Shown piece after piece: positions 44,221 through 53,667 of a DNA stretch of 64,000 nucleotides; position 1 is the stretch's first letter, and each line of letters starts with the position of its first letter. This DNA is from Acidobacteriota bacterium (GTDB lineage Bacteria; Acidobacteriota; UBA6911; RPQK01; CBDAPI01): contig OZ252114.1 in the NCBI GenBank assembly GCA_965248635.1, forward strand, positions 2,847,814 through 2,911,813. Direction: 5' to 3'. The notes below the pieces were generated by a model. That model was not told where the DNA came from. It did not search any database and saw only the letters and a program-made list of their open reading frames with translations. A program made the translations under genes and the position numbers.

Positions 44221-45312
44221 ATGATGGCCGAATCTGCACTAGCGCAGAGACTTGATGCATTCCTCATCGAATCGGAACTAAAAACGCTGTGGAGGCAAAT
44301 CGCGCAGGAAACGAAGAAAAATGATGAGGAGGTTCTCCGAGCTTGTGTCGTCAACCTGGTTGTTTGCTCCAACCTGGATGAAGAAGTTGATCAACTCGCC
44401 TTGGATCTCACCTCTGCCGGTGACAGCCAGCCCGGACGCCTCATTCTCCTCCTCACCGATGAAGAGTCCTCTTCCGACGGCTTCGATGCCCGGGTCTCGG
44501 CTCACTGCCAGAGGCAGACGGGGGGGCGGGAACAGATCTGTGGTGAGATCATGCGGATCGTGGCCCATGGGGAAGCAGCCAGTCGAAGTGCTTCCGTAGT
44601 AACGCCTCTGCTTATTCACGATCTACCGGTGTTTCTCTGGTGGCGTCGAAGGGTTGATCTCGATTCCGTACTTTTGCGGCGGCTCGCCAGGATTTCGGAT
44701 CGCCTTGTCGTCGATTCGGCCCGCAGGGGAGTTGACGATGTGCTCGCTCTGTCGAAGCTCCTGGCACTTGGGAAGGACCTGACGATCAGTGATCTGGCCT
44801 GGGCTCGACTCCAGGTCTGGCGGCGTGCCCTGGCAGGTCTCTACGACTCCGGTCTGACCCGGGGGGTCCTGACCAGGGCCACAGGGATCCGTCTGGAGTT
44901 CGGAGCGACGGACCCCCTTCCCAACGAAGTGGTCTACTTGCTGTCCTGGCTGGCAAGTCGATTGAACTGGGAGCTTCGGTCTTCTCTTGTCGAGACAGAC
45001 TTTGGTTACAAGTTGGACGGTCAGACAGCCACTTCGGATTTCACGATCGAACTTCATCGTACAGCGGGCAAGGGGCTTTGCCGGATGCAGCTTTCCGCCG
45101 CTGGTGACCTGGCTGTGCAGCTGCAACGGCGCGATTCAAACGGAGCCTTTCTGGAAACCTGGGCGGAGTGCCAGGGCCGGCGGCTAAGCCACCAGATCCT
45201 TCCAGGGACTTCGCAGCAAGAGATCGATCTGCTGGCCGCCGAACTCGAGATCCCGGGGAGGGATCAAGTGTTTCAGGAAGCTCTCGCCTTCGTCTCCAGG
45301 CTGCTGGTATAG
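44221..45312 (+). CDS. opcA: OpcA-like glucose-6-phosphate dehydrogenase assembly protein
   Basis: 363 aa. Its ATG abuts the zwf stop (TAGATG). The N-terminal pattern ...LRACVVNLVVCS... and its size and position fit OpcA. The family call rests mainly on synteny. Confidence 0.7.
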   Translation: MMAESALAQRLDAFLIESELKTLWRQIAQETKKNDEEVLRACVVNLVVCSNLDEEVDQLALDLTSAGDSQPGRLILLLTDEESSSDGFDARVSAHCQRQTGGREQICGEIMRIVAHGEAASRSASVVTPLLIHDLPVFLWWRRRVDLDSVLLRRLARISDRLVVDSARRGVDDVLALSKLLALGKDLTISDLAWARLQVWRRALAGLYDSGLTRGVLTRATGIRLEFGATDPLPNEVVYLLSWLASRLNWELRSSLVETDFGYKLDGQTATSDFTIELHRTAGKGLCRMQLSAAGDLAVQLQRRDSNGAFLETWAECQGRRLSHQILPGTSQQEIDLLAAELEIPGRDQVFQEALAFVSRLLV

Positions 45313-45321
45313 GATCAGCCG

Positions 45322-47343
45322 ATGAAACGCCAGATTATTGCCGGGGCCATCTTTCTGATTCTCTCGATCTTGATCGTCGGCACCGGGTCTCTCGTCAGTC
45401 CTCTGATCGAGAACCTGGAGCTCAAGAACTACGACTTCATGATGTACCTGCGAGGCCCGGATCTGGCACCAGAGGACGTCGCGATCGTGGCTATCGATCG
45501 CTTTAGCCTCGACGTCTTTGCCCAAGAACTCGAAATGAGCTGGCCCTGGGACCGAGTGGTCTACGCAGAATTGATCCATTGCCTGAATGAAGCGGGTGTC
45601 CGGGGAGTCGCTTTTGACGTGATCTTTGATATGCCGGCTGATCCAGAGAGTGACCTGGCCTTTGCCGAAGCCATCCGAAGCAGTCAGGTTCCGGTGGTCC
45701 TGGCTGCAACGATCGAAAATGTGGTCACCCCGGCCTACTCCTTTCAGCAGGAAGTCCTGCCTCTGGAGAGTTTGACCGAAGCAGGGGCCAGCCACGCTTA
45801 CACAGTCGTTAACCCTGACCGGGATGCGGTGGTGCGACATGCCCGTTTGACCGTCGGAGGTGAGCCGACTCTGGCCCTGATGCTCCACACATTGCTGAGT
45901 GGAGAACTTGACCTGGAGAATGTCCCGATAGTTGCCTCAGAAGAAGACGATCCGGAGATTCTGATCAACTACGTCGGTCAGGCCCAGTCCATTAAAACAG
46001 TGAGCTTCCATCAGGCTCTGACCTACGAAGAATCACTGCCGGAAGGTGTTTTCCAGGATCAGGTGATCTTTGTCGGTCGTTCCGAATCGATCCATGACCT
46101 GATAGCTCAGTCGGGTGGAGCTGACATGTTCACCTCGCCCTTCGATTTCCTGGGCGGCAGCCAGCAGATCTCGGGTGCCGAGATCCATGCCAACATATTC
46201 CATACCCTCAACCAGCAGCGGTTCATCGGCAAGGCGCCCCGCGCCGCAGTTCTGATTCTGGTTCTGGTCCTGGGTGCGGCGGCGTCGACATTGATGCTGG
46301 TATTCTCGACGATCCGCAACAAAATCCTCTGGTCCCTGCTTCTTCTTTTTGGCTTTCTGGGCCTTACCTGGTTGGCGTTCATAGGTTTTGACTACTGGAT
46401 TCTTGGCTTCCAGCCTTTTCTGGTGGGCCTACTCGCCGTCGCGATGAACACCGTCTATCAGTACCGGACGACAGAAAAAGAGCGGCAGCAGATCGAGCAG
46501 ATGCTGAGTGGTTATGTGTCGAAAGACGTCATCAGCCCCATCATGAAAGACCCTGCCAAGCTGGAGCTGGGGGGTGTTGAGGTAGAAGCTACCGTCCTGT
46601 TTTCCGACATCGCCGGATTCTCGAAGATCTCGGAGAAGATCACTCCCCAAGAGCTGTCCACTCGTCTCAATGAGTACTTTACGAGAATGGGTGACGTGAT
46701 CATGCAGCGAGACGGCATGATCAACAAGTACATAGGGGACGCCATCATGGCGATCTGGGGTGCTCCCCTCCGGAATGAGCGGCACTCGATTCTGGCCTGT
46801 GAGTCTGCCCTGGAAATGAGTCGTCAGGTAGAGGAAATGGAGGGCGGATTCCGAACCCGCTACGGCCTCAATACGGGAACCATGATCGCGGGAAACCTGG
46901 GACACCACGAGCGAATGGAATACACGGTGATTGGAGATGCTGTGAATCTGGCATCCCGCCTGGAGGGTGCCAACAAGGTGTTTGGGACCGCGATCATGAT
47001 CAGCGAGTTCACGGAGGTGCTGGTAAGAGATCATTTCCTGACCAGGCAGCTGGATCTCATTCGAGTCGTGGGTCGTGCTCAACCGGTCAGGGTCTACGAA
47101 ATTGTTGGCGGTGATGGCGGACAGACCTCGGATCAGGTTCGGGAAATGGTGGAGTCCTTCAATGAGATTCTCGAGTCCTACGCGAGTCGGGACTGGGAGG
47201 GGGCAGGCAGGTTGTTGGACAAGCACCTGAAGACCTTTCCAGAGGACGGTGTGGCGCTGGTCTACCGGGATCGCTGCCGGAGTTTCAGCGACTCTCCACC
47301 GGTGGCAGACTGGGATGGGGTCTACGAACTCACCGCGAAGTAG
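45322..47343 (+). CDS. CHASE2 sensor-domain class-III adenylate/guanylate cyclase
   Basis: 673 aa: one TM, a periplasmic CHASE2-like region, 3 TM, then cyclase domain ATVLFSDIAGFSKISEKITPQELSTRLNEYFTRMGDVIMQRDGMINKYIGDAIMAIWGAP...GDAVNLASRLEG. It starts 9 nt after the opcA stop. Confidence 0.88.
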   Translation: MKRQIIAGAIFLILSILIVGTGSLVSPLIENLELKNYDFMMYLRGPDLAPEDVAIVAIDRFSLDVFAQELEMSWPWDRVVYAELIHCLNEAGVRGVAFDVIFDMPADPESDLAFAEAIRSSQVPVVLAATIENVVTPAYSFQQEVLPLESLTEAGASHAYTVVNPDRDAVVRHARLTVGGEPTLALMLHTLLSGELDLENVPIVASEEDDPEILINYVGQAQSIKTVSFHQALTYEESLPEGVFQDQVIFVGRSESIHDLIAQSGGADMFTSPFDFLGGSQQISGAEIHANIFHTLNQQRFIGKAPRAAVLILVLVLGAAASTLMLVFSTIRNKILWSLLLLFGFLGLTWLAFIGFDYWILGFQPFLVGLLAVAMNTVYQYRTTEKERQQIEQMLSGYVSKDVISPIMKDPAKLELGGVEVEATVLFSDIAGFSKISEKITPQELSTRLNEYFTRMGDVIMQRDGMINKYIGDAIMAIWGAPLRNERHSILACESALEMSRQVEEMEGGFRTRYGLNTGTMIAGNLGHHERMEYTVIGDAVNLASRLEGANKVFGTAIMISEFTEVLVRDHFLTRQLDLIRVVGRAQPVRVYEIVGGDGGQTSDQVREMVESFNEILESYASRDWEGAGRLLDKHLKTFPEDGVALVYRDRCRSFSDSPPVADWDGVYELTAK

Positions 47344-47372
47344 AAATCCCCATAGCTTTTTCCCTAAGCTTG

Positions 47373-47410
47373 GTACTCACTTCCATAATTGTATTTATGG
47401 AGGGGAGTAC
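47373..47410 (+). terminator. AT-rich imperfect hairpin after the cyclase gene
   Basis: gtactcacttccataa / ttatggaggggagtac pair at 14 of 16 positions with a 6-nt loop, 30 nt after the stop at 47343. It could equally be an operator for the channel gene. Confidence 0.3.
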
Positions 47411-47477
47411 TTAGTATTCCCTACCATGATCGAAGGACGATCATGGAACTTCTTGAATAGGGATCCCGGGAGTCAGC

Positions 47478-48935
47478 TTGAACTGGATTCTACATCCCAA
47501 CGCCTACCTGGTCGCTGCCGTCGTCTGCCTGGTCCTGATGGTGTTGATCCCGAACCGCTGGATCAGGCGGCGGCTGCTTTTCAGCAGCGTCGTCTTTCTT
47601 CTCGGCGCCGGCTTCTACCTGGTCGGGGCTTTTTTTCTCGAGCTCTCAGATATCGTCTTTTCGGTAGCCGTTCAGGTGGTCCATTTCAGTGCCGCTGTGG
47701 CTGCTCTGAACGCCCTGGTAGCTATTCTGTTCAATCCCTTGCGCGGGCAAGGTGCTTCCGACAGCTGCCCGTCCATCGTGCAGGATGTCCTGGTGCTGGC
47801 CGGCCCCATGATCTTTGTGTTTTTCAGGTTCTCGGAGCAACTCCTGGCTTTGGGAGTTGCGGGCTCAGTAGTCATTGGCATCGCCCTCAAGGACACACTG
47901 GGTAATCTGTTCGCGGGCCTGGCACTGCAGAGTGAGAAACCGTTTCATGTCGGTGACTGGGTGGTTTTGGGAGACCATGAAGGACAGGTTCAGGAGGCGA
48001 CCTGGCGTGCCACCAAGATTCGCACCAAGGCCGGCAACTTTGTGATCGTTTCGAATAGCGTCATCGCTCAGGAGGCCATCATCAATTACTCCCAGCCGAC
48101 CACCGAGCAGCGCCTGGAGAGGGTCGTGCGGATGGGTCACAGGATCCACCCCAACGACTTCAAGAAAGCGGCCATGGAAGTCTTTGCGGACATGCCCGAA
48201 TCTCTCGAAAATCCCGCTCCCGATGTGCTGACCCATGAATACGACGAGTATTCGCTGCAGTACCGCTGCCGCTTCTGGATCAATGACTATGCTCGCAGCG
48301 AGCCCATTCTGGACAACTTCTGCACGCTCCTCTACTATCGGCTGCTGCGGGCCGGGCTGCCGCTTCCGCTTCCCACCCAGAATGTACGCCTGGGTAGAGA
48401 AGGAGATTCCGGCCGAGCCGTGGATCGGGCCACCGACAGGCGACTTGCCTTCGTCGAAAGCGTCGACCTCTTCTCGGGTTTGAAAGAGCGGAGCAAAGAG
48501 CTGGTTGCGCGTCAAATGAAGCTCTACACCTTTGGTGCCGGAGAGCGAATTCTCATTCAAGGAGCCTCGGGCGAATCCATGTTCTTCATCGAGCGGGGAA
48601 AGGTTCGTATTGTGATCCAGGAGGAGGGGGCGGCTAAGGAGCTGGCCGTCCTCGGGAGAGGACAGTACCTGGGAGAGATGGCCCTGCTGACCGGGGAGCC
48701 CCGTGTGGCCAGCGCATTCGCTGTAGGGGATGTCGAGTCCTACGTTCTCGACAAACCCGGCTTCAAGAAGGTCCTCATGAGCGATAAAGATGTAGCCGGA
48801 CAGATCAGTGCTGTGATGGCGGCCAGGAAGGAGGTTTTGGATGAGAAGAAGGAAGAACTGGGCGGTGAGCTACTCGCCAGGCGGGCCGCTCAGAAGAACC
48901 TGCTCTCCAGGATTCAAAAGTTCTTTGGTCTCTAG
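47478..48935 (+). CDS. MscS-family channel with C-terminal cyclic-nucleotide-binding domain (bCNG type)
   Basis: 485 aa with a TTG start. MscS core GNLFAGLALQSEKPFHVGDWVVLGDHEGQVQEATWRATKIRTKAGNFVIVSNS. CNB domain FGAGERILIQGASGESMFFIERGKVRI...GEMALLTGEPRVASA. Confidence 0.88.
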   Translation: MNWILHPNAYLVAAVVCLVLMVLIPNRWIRRRLLFSSVVFLLGAGFYLVGAFFLELSDIVFSVAVQVVHFSAAVAALNALVAILFNPLRGQGASDSCPSIVQDVLVLAGPMIFVFFRFSEQLLALGVAGSVVIGIALKDTLGNLFAGLALQSEKPFHVGDWVVLGDHEGQVQEATWRATKIRTKAGNFVIVSNSVIAQEAIINYSQPTTEQRLERVVRMGHRIHPNDFKKAAMEVFADMPESLENPAPDVLTHEYDEYSLQYRCRFWINDYARSEPILDNFCTLLYYRLLRAGLPLPLPTQNVRLGREGDSGRAVDRATDRRLAFVESVDLFSGLKERSKELVARQMKLYTFGAGERILIQGASGESMFFIERGKVRIVIQEEGAAKELAVLGRGQYLGEMALLTGEPRVASAFAVGDVESYVLDKPGFKKVLMSDKDVAGQISAVMAARKEVLDEKKEELGGELLARRAAQKNLLSRIQKFFGL

Positions 48936-48967
48936 CAGCCCGTGGGAATTCCACCACGGGCTGCTAG
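48932..48967 (+). terminator. 14-bp perfect hairpin, CTAG-bounded, overlapping the channel gene stop
   Basis: ctagcagcccgtgg / ccacgggctgctag with an 8-nt loop (gaattcca). The stop TAG at 48933-48935 lies in the stem. It is followed by cagtttcc. Confidence 0.5.
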
Positions 48968-49038
48968 CAGTTTCCTGGGTCAATTTGACGATCTCTCAAA
49001 GTGACTAGTGCAGCTCGCCGTAAGTCTTGAGCCACCTC

Positions 49039-49347
49039 TCAGTAGGGAGCGAGCAGGTGCTGCATGAGGCTTTGCATCACCTCGACCAGGTCTTTCATAC
49101 TGCCTGAGAAGGGCGTTTTTTCCCAACGTCCAGTATGCCGTTTGACGCTCAAGCCATAGGTCGATGCATTGAGGCAGGTCAGACGAACTCGATCTGATTT
49201 TTGCGGCGCCCTGTCGGGCCCGAAAGCCTCCTCCCGACCCACGATCAAGTGTTTGCCCCAGATGCGAACGTAGAGGCCGCGAGTGGTTTCGTGGCCTTCC
49301 AGCAAACAGGACAAAGCATCCTGATCGGCCTCCATTTCAAAGCTCAT
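49039..49347 (-). CDS. 102-aa hypothetical protein carried inside the IS630 element
   Basis: It starts 10 nt after the transposase stop and ends 2 nt inside the left inverted repeat. No family recognised. Confidence 0.5.
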   Translation of the reverse strand: MSFEMEADQDALSCLLEGHETTRGLYVRIWGKHLIVGREEAFGPDRAPQKSDRVRLTCLNASTYGLSVKRHTGRWEKTPFSGSMKDLVEVMQSLMQHLLAPY

Positions 49348-49357
49348 GCTCGGGCCT

Positions 49358-50428
49358 TCAAGCTACCAGAGGAAGTCCTTCACAAGTCCAGCGGAAGGGA
49401 TGGGCTTCCCGCTCGTTCCACTGCTCGATGAAGGCCTCCACCTTCTCGACCAGATCCCGAGCCGTTGCGAAGCTTCCGTAGCGAAGCACCCGACGGCTCA
49501 GGATCGAAAACCAAAGCTCGATCTGATTCAACCACGACCCGTGCGTCGGCGTATAGTGAAACACAAAGCGGTTGCGGTGCTTTCGATTCCATTCACTGAT
49601 GAAGGCTCCCGCGCTGGTGTCTAGATGAGTGTTAAGGTTGTCCAGCACCACGTGCACGCGTTTTTGTCGATAATGGGCCGCCACCAGATCCATGAAGGAG
49701 AGAAAGTCAGCCCGTTTTCGATAGTGGTGACAGCGGCCCAGGACTCGCCCCGTGCGCACGTTGAAACAGGCGAAAAGACAACGAGTTCCATGCCGTTTGT
49801 ACTCGTACTCGAGTCGGCCCCAGCCACCCACTTGGGGACCGATCAACCCTCGAGCACGACTCAGCGCTTGCATCCCGCTTTTTTCATCTACGCACAACAC
49901 CGGTTCCCGGACAGGAGCGTCCATGTACAGTCTGACAATGTCACGCAGCTTTTCCTGAAACCGAGGATCTTCGCTATGACACCACATCTTGACCCGATGC
50001 GGCTTGATCTGGGCCTGGCGGAGAATCCGCCCTACCGTACGGGCGCTGATCGATCTCACCAATCCAGACTCAACCAATGCCTCGCTCAGAGCCGAATGAC
50101 TCCACAGTACACGCTGCAAGCCATACTGTTCGGGCGCTTGGCAGGCCGCAGCTACCACCTGGGTCCGCTCCAGACACTGGACCCTCTGCGGACGCCCCGA
50201 TCGCGGCAGATCGTCCAGCCCAGGTAAGCCTTTGCCTCGGAAACGTCCAAGCCATTTCTTGACCAGGGAGCGATTCGTCCCCAAACGGCGCGCAATCGAC
50301 TTCACCGACACTCCCTGGCCGGCCAGCAGCACCATCTCCGCCCGCCGGTACTTTCGCACCTCCGTCTTGCCCCCTCGTACCAGCCTCTCCAACCCACCCT
50401 GCTGCTTCGGGGTCAGCTGGATCCACAT
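49358..50428 (-). CDS. IS630-family (Tc1/mariner-like DDE) transposase
   Basis: 356 aa with an N-terminal HTH (GVSVKSIARRLGTNRSLVKKWLGRFRGKGLPGLDDLPRSGRP). DDE region VLCVDEKSG...VHVVLDNLNTH...TPTHGSWLNQIELWFS. Confidence 0.9.
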   Translation of the reverse strand: MWIQLTPKQQGGLERLVRGGKTEVRKYRRAEMVLLAGQGVSVKSIARRLGTNRSLVKKWLGRFRGKGLPGLDDLPRSGRPQRVQCLERTQVVAAACQAPEQYGLQRVLWSHSALSEALVESGLVRSISARTVGRILRQAQIKPHRVKMWCHSEDPRFQEKLRDIVRLYMDAPVREPVLCVDEKSGMQALSRARGLIGPQVGGWGRLEYEYKRHGTRCLFACFNVRTGRVLGRCHHYRKRADFLSFMDLVAAHYRQKRVHVVLDNLNTHLDTSAGAFISEWNRKHRNRFVFHYTPTHGSWLNQIELWFSILSRRVLRYGSFATARDLVEKVEAFIEQWNEREAHPFRWTCEGLPLVA

Positions 50429-50575
50429 CCATGTAAAATGACTCTTCGCTCTGACGTCGCCCGGGGTGGCTCAGAACTTATGGCGAGATGCACTAGTACT
50501 AGAGTCATGTCCGGCGTCCGGCCTCAAAGTTATAATTTCAGCTTGGGCGGTCCAGGAAGGAACCGAAAATAGGGG

Positions 50576-51400
50576 ATGGAAGAGAACTATCTTCTCAAAC
50601 TGACATTCTGGGGTGTGCGGGGATCCACGCCTACACCCCGAATCGAGAATCTGGCCTTCGGGGGGAATACCTCCTGCCTGGAGGTTCAAACCGGCGAGGG
50701 AGAGGTGCTGATCTTTGACGCTGGAACCGGCATCACCCCTCTGGGATGGCATCTGGTTGAGAAGGGAAACGGTCCCCTGGACGTCAAGATCTTCATGACC
50801 CACTTTCACTGGGACCATACTCAGGGTATTCCTTTCTTTCAGCCCCTCTACTCGGCCGACAACAAGGTCACGTTTTTTTCTTTTGAGAACCGGGCGGAGG
50901 ATATGCTCAAAGGACAGATGACAGAACCCTATTTTCCCATCAGCTTCGATTTTCTTCCCGCCCAGCTGGAGTTCCATCCCATCGGGCATAGCCCTTTCAA
51001 AATCGGTGGTGTCGAGATCTCACCTTTCCCCATGAACCATCCGCAGGGGGCAACCGGATATCGGATCGAAAGAGAGGGCAAAGGGATTGTCTACGCGAGC
51101 GACCACGAGCACGGAGACAGCCATCTCGATGCTTCTGTCCGAAACCATGCTGCGGACGCCAGGGTTCTCGTCTATGACGCTCAGTACACCCCTGAGGAAT
51201 ACCAGCAGCGGCTCGGCTGGGGTCATAGCACCTGGCTGGAAGCGGCCCGGGTTGCCACCGACGCGGCGGTCGATCAGCTGATCCTGTTTCACCATGATCC
51301 CGCCCATGACGACACCATGATGACGGACATCATCAAGGAAGCCAGACTTCACTTCGCCAAGGTTCACGCCGCCAGCGAAGGCGAGTTCTTTATCCTCTGA
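50576..51400 (+). CDS. MBL-fold metallo-hydrolase
   Basis: 274 aa with motif THFHWDHTQGIPFF (HxHxDH) and later conserved His/Asp (ASDHEHG, LFHHDP). TATAAT-like ttataat lies at 50533-50539 upstream. Confidence 0.8.
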   Translation: MEENYLLKLTFWGVRGSTPTPRIENLAFGGNTSCLEVQTGEGEVLIFDAGTGITPLGWHLVEKGNGPLDVKIFMTHFHWDHTQGIPFFQPLYSADNKVTFFSFENRAEDMLKGQMTEPYFPISFDFLPAQLEFHPIGHSPFKIGGVEISPFPMNHPQGATGYRIEREGKGIVYASDHEHGDSHLDASVRNHAADARVLVYDAQYTPEEYQQRLGWGHSTWLEAARVATDAAVDQLILFHHDPAHDDTMMTDIIKEARLHFAKVHAASEGEFFIL

Positions 51401-51550
51401 AGCGGCCTGAGGCTGCGCTCCCCGCAGCAGCCCCAGGCGCCCGTGACGCGGCCCATGGGGCTTCCACCACAGGCTGCTAAACCGCAGCAAATTGAAACCT
51501 GTCTGCGGCTGTGTTAAATTCCGGTCCCTTGACTACAGGTAGGAGTATGC

Positions 51551-53629
51551 ATGGCCACATTCGATAGTGAGAGCATTCGGAACATAGGTATCGTGGGGCA
51601 TGGTGACGCCGGAAAGACCTCGCTGGCGAGCGCGATGCTCTTCTCATCGGGCGATGTGAGCCGGCTGGGAAGGGTCGAGGAAGGCAACACCGTCACCGAC
51701 TACGACGAAGACGAGATTGAGAGGCAGGTGACGATCAGCAGTTCTGTGGCTCACTGCAATTGGAAGGGCCACAAAATCAACCTCATCGACACTCCGGGTT
51801 ACTCGGCCTTTGTGTTCGATGCCAAGACCGCTCTGCTTGGGGTTGAAACCGCTCTTGTGGTGGTCGATGGGGTGGAAGGCGTCGAAGTTCAAACCCACCA
51901 GGTCTGGGGTTTTGCGGAGGAGCTGGGTCTGGCCAGGGCGATTGTCCTCTCCAAAATGGGGCGCGACCGGGCCAGTCTTCAGCGCAGTCTCGGTTCCCTC
52001 CGGGACGCCTTTGGACGTTCGGTGGTTCCGGTCCAACTTCCGCTTGGACAGGAGAGTGAGTTCGAGGGGGTTGTCGATCTGATCTCCGGCACAGCCTTCG
52101 CCGGTCCGACGGACGGGAGTGGCGATTTCAAGGAAGTGGAGGTTCCGGAGGACATGAAGAGCGACGCCGAACAGATACGAGAAGAACTGGTGGAAATGAT
52201 CGCAGAAAGCGATGACGACCTGATGGAACGGTTCTTCGAAGAAGGCACCCTGTCCGAGGAAGAAGTGAGAGCCGGCCTGAGAGGGTCTCTGGCCAAAGGC
52301 CTGATATTCCCGGTTTTTTGCGTCTCTTCGACCCGGAACACCGGCGTTAAGCAGCTGCTCGATCAGATTGTGAATCTGTTTCCGAACCCACTGCAAAGAA
52401 AGCCCTTCGCAGCCGTTACAATGGAGGGTGAGCCCGCGGAAATCGTACCCTCGAAGGACGGCCCGTTGGCCGTCTACGCCTTCAAGACTTTTGCCGATCC
52501 GTTTGCCGGACGCATTAACATTCTGCGAGTCATTTCGGGCACACTCAAATCCGACAATAGTCTCAAGAATCTGACCCGGGATCAGTCCGAGCGGTTTGGG
52601 TCGCTGCAGGTGTTTCAAGGCAAGTCTCACCAGCCCGTGTCTGAACTGCGGGCCGGGGATATCGGGGGAGTCCTCAAACTAAAAGACACCAGGACGGGAG
52701 ACACACTCGGGGCTCCACCCTTGAAGGCCCGCGTCAAGGAAGTCAAGTTCCCGGAGCCGGCGATCAGCTTCGCTGTTGAGCCCAGGACGCGGGGGGACGA
52801 AGAAAAAATCGGTTCAGCCATAGCCAAGGTTCTGGAGGAGGACCCGTCGCTGCAGTTTCGGAGGGATCCTCAGACCCAGCAGTTTCTGCTGGCGGGTACG
52901 GGTCAACTGCACATCGAAGTTGTGGTGAACCGGCTCAAGCAGCGCTTCGGTGTAGAAGTGGACTTGAAGCCACCCAAGGTCCCTTATCGAGAGACCATCA
53001 TCGGGACGGCCGATGCTCAGGGGCGGCATAAGAAGCAGACCGGAGGCCACGGCCAGTTTGGAGACTGCAAGATCAGGATGGAGCCCCGGGAGCGGGGAGA
53101 AGGATACGAGTTCGAGGATAAGATCTTTGGGGGTTCGATCCCCAAGGGATACATCCCTGCTGTTGACAAGGGCATCCAGGAGACGGCGGCCAGGGGATTT
53201 GTGGCCGGGTTCCCGGTGGTCGATTTCAAGGTGACTCTGTACGATGGTAGCTATCACAATGTCGACTCCTCTGAAATGGCGTTCAAGATCGCCGGGTCGC
53301 TGGCCTTCAAGAAGGCAATGGCAACTGCCCGGCCCGTGCTAATCGAGCCCGTCATGAACATTGAGGTCTATGTCCCGGAAGAATTTGCGGGAGACGTGAT
53401 GGGGGATCTGAACGGGCGGCGGGGTAAGATCCAGGGTATGGATGTGAAAGGCAAGACCCAGGTGATCCGGGCCCAGGTGCCATTTGCCGAAATGCTCAAC
53501 TACGCTCCGGTTCTGACCTCTGTAACCGGCGGCCGGGGGAGCTACCATATGGAGAACTCGCATTACGAAATCGTGCCGCCTCATCTGGTCGAAAAGATCA
53601 TCTCCGAGGCAAACAAAGACGACGACTGA
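51551..53629 (+). CDS. fusA: elongation factor G paralogue (outside the str operon)
   Basis: 692 aa. G1 motif GHGDAGKTS, G3 motif DTPGY, and all five EF-G domains by pattern (...GQLHIEVVVNRLKQRFGVEV...). Confidence 0.88.
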   Translation: MATFDSESIRNIGIVGHGDAGKTSLASAMLFSSGDVSRLGRVEEGNTVTDYDEDEIERQVTISSSVAHCNWKGHKINLIDTPGYSAFVFDAKTALLGVETALVVVDGVEGVEVQTHQVWGFAEELGLARAIVLSKMGRDRASLQRSLGSLRDAFGRSVVPVQLPLGQESEFEGVVDLISGTAFAGPTDGSGDFKEVEVPEDMKSDAEQIREELVEMIAESDDDLMERFFEEGTLSEEEVRAGLRGSLAKGLIFPVFCVSSTRNTGVKQLLDQIVNLFPNPLQRKPFAAVTMEGEPAEIVPSKDGPLAVYAFKTFADPFAGRINILRVISGTLKSDNSLKNLTRDQSERFGSLQVFQGKSHQPVSELRAGDIGGVLKLKDTRTGDTLGAPPLKARVKEVKFPEPAISFAVEPRTRGDEEKIGSAIAKVLEEDPSLQFRRDPQTQQFLLAGTGQLHIEVVVNRLKQRFGVEVDLKPPKVPYRETIIGTADAQGRHKKQTGGHGQFGDCKIRMEPRERGEGYEFEDKIFGGSIPKGYIPAVDKGIQETAARGFVAGFPVVDFKVTLYDGSYHNVDSSEMAFKIAGSLAFKKAMATARPVLIEPVMNIEVYVPEEFAGDVMGDLNGRRGKIQGMDVKGKTQVIRAQVPFAEMLNYAPVLTSVTGGRGSYHMENSHYEIVPPHLVEKIISEANKDDD

Positions 53630-53667
53630 GTGCCAAGTACTGAGCCCGGTGGACGGAGAGGAGCCTC

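Larger units (their letters stand above)
49004..50497 (-). mobile_element. IS630-family insertion sequence with about 31-bp terminal inverted repeats and TA (CTAG) target
   Basis: The left end actagtgcagctcgccgtaagtcttgagccacc matches the reverse complement of the right end, actagtgcatctcgccataagttctgagccacc, at 29 of 33 positions. TA occurs at both junctions (49006-07, 50494-95). It contains the transposase and one extra ORF. Confidence 0.85.

Noticed and set aside
47249-47905. 218-aa ORF bridging the cyclase end and the channel start
   Set aside because: It is out of frame with both well-supported genes, and its translation is Arg/Pro-rich nonsense.
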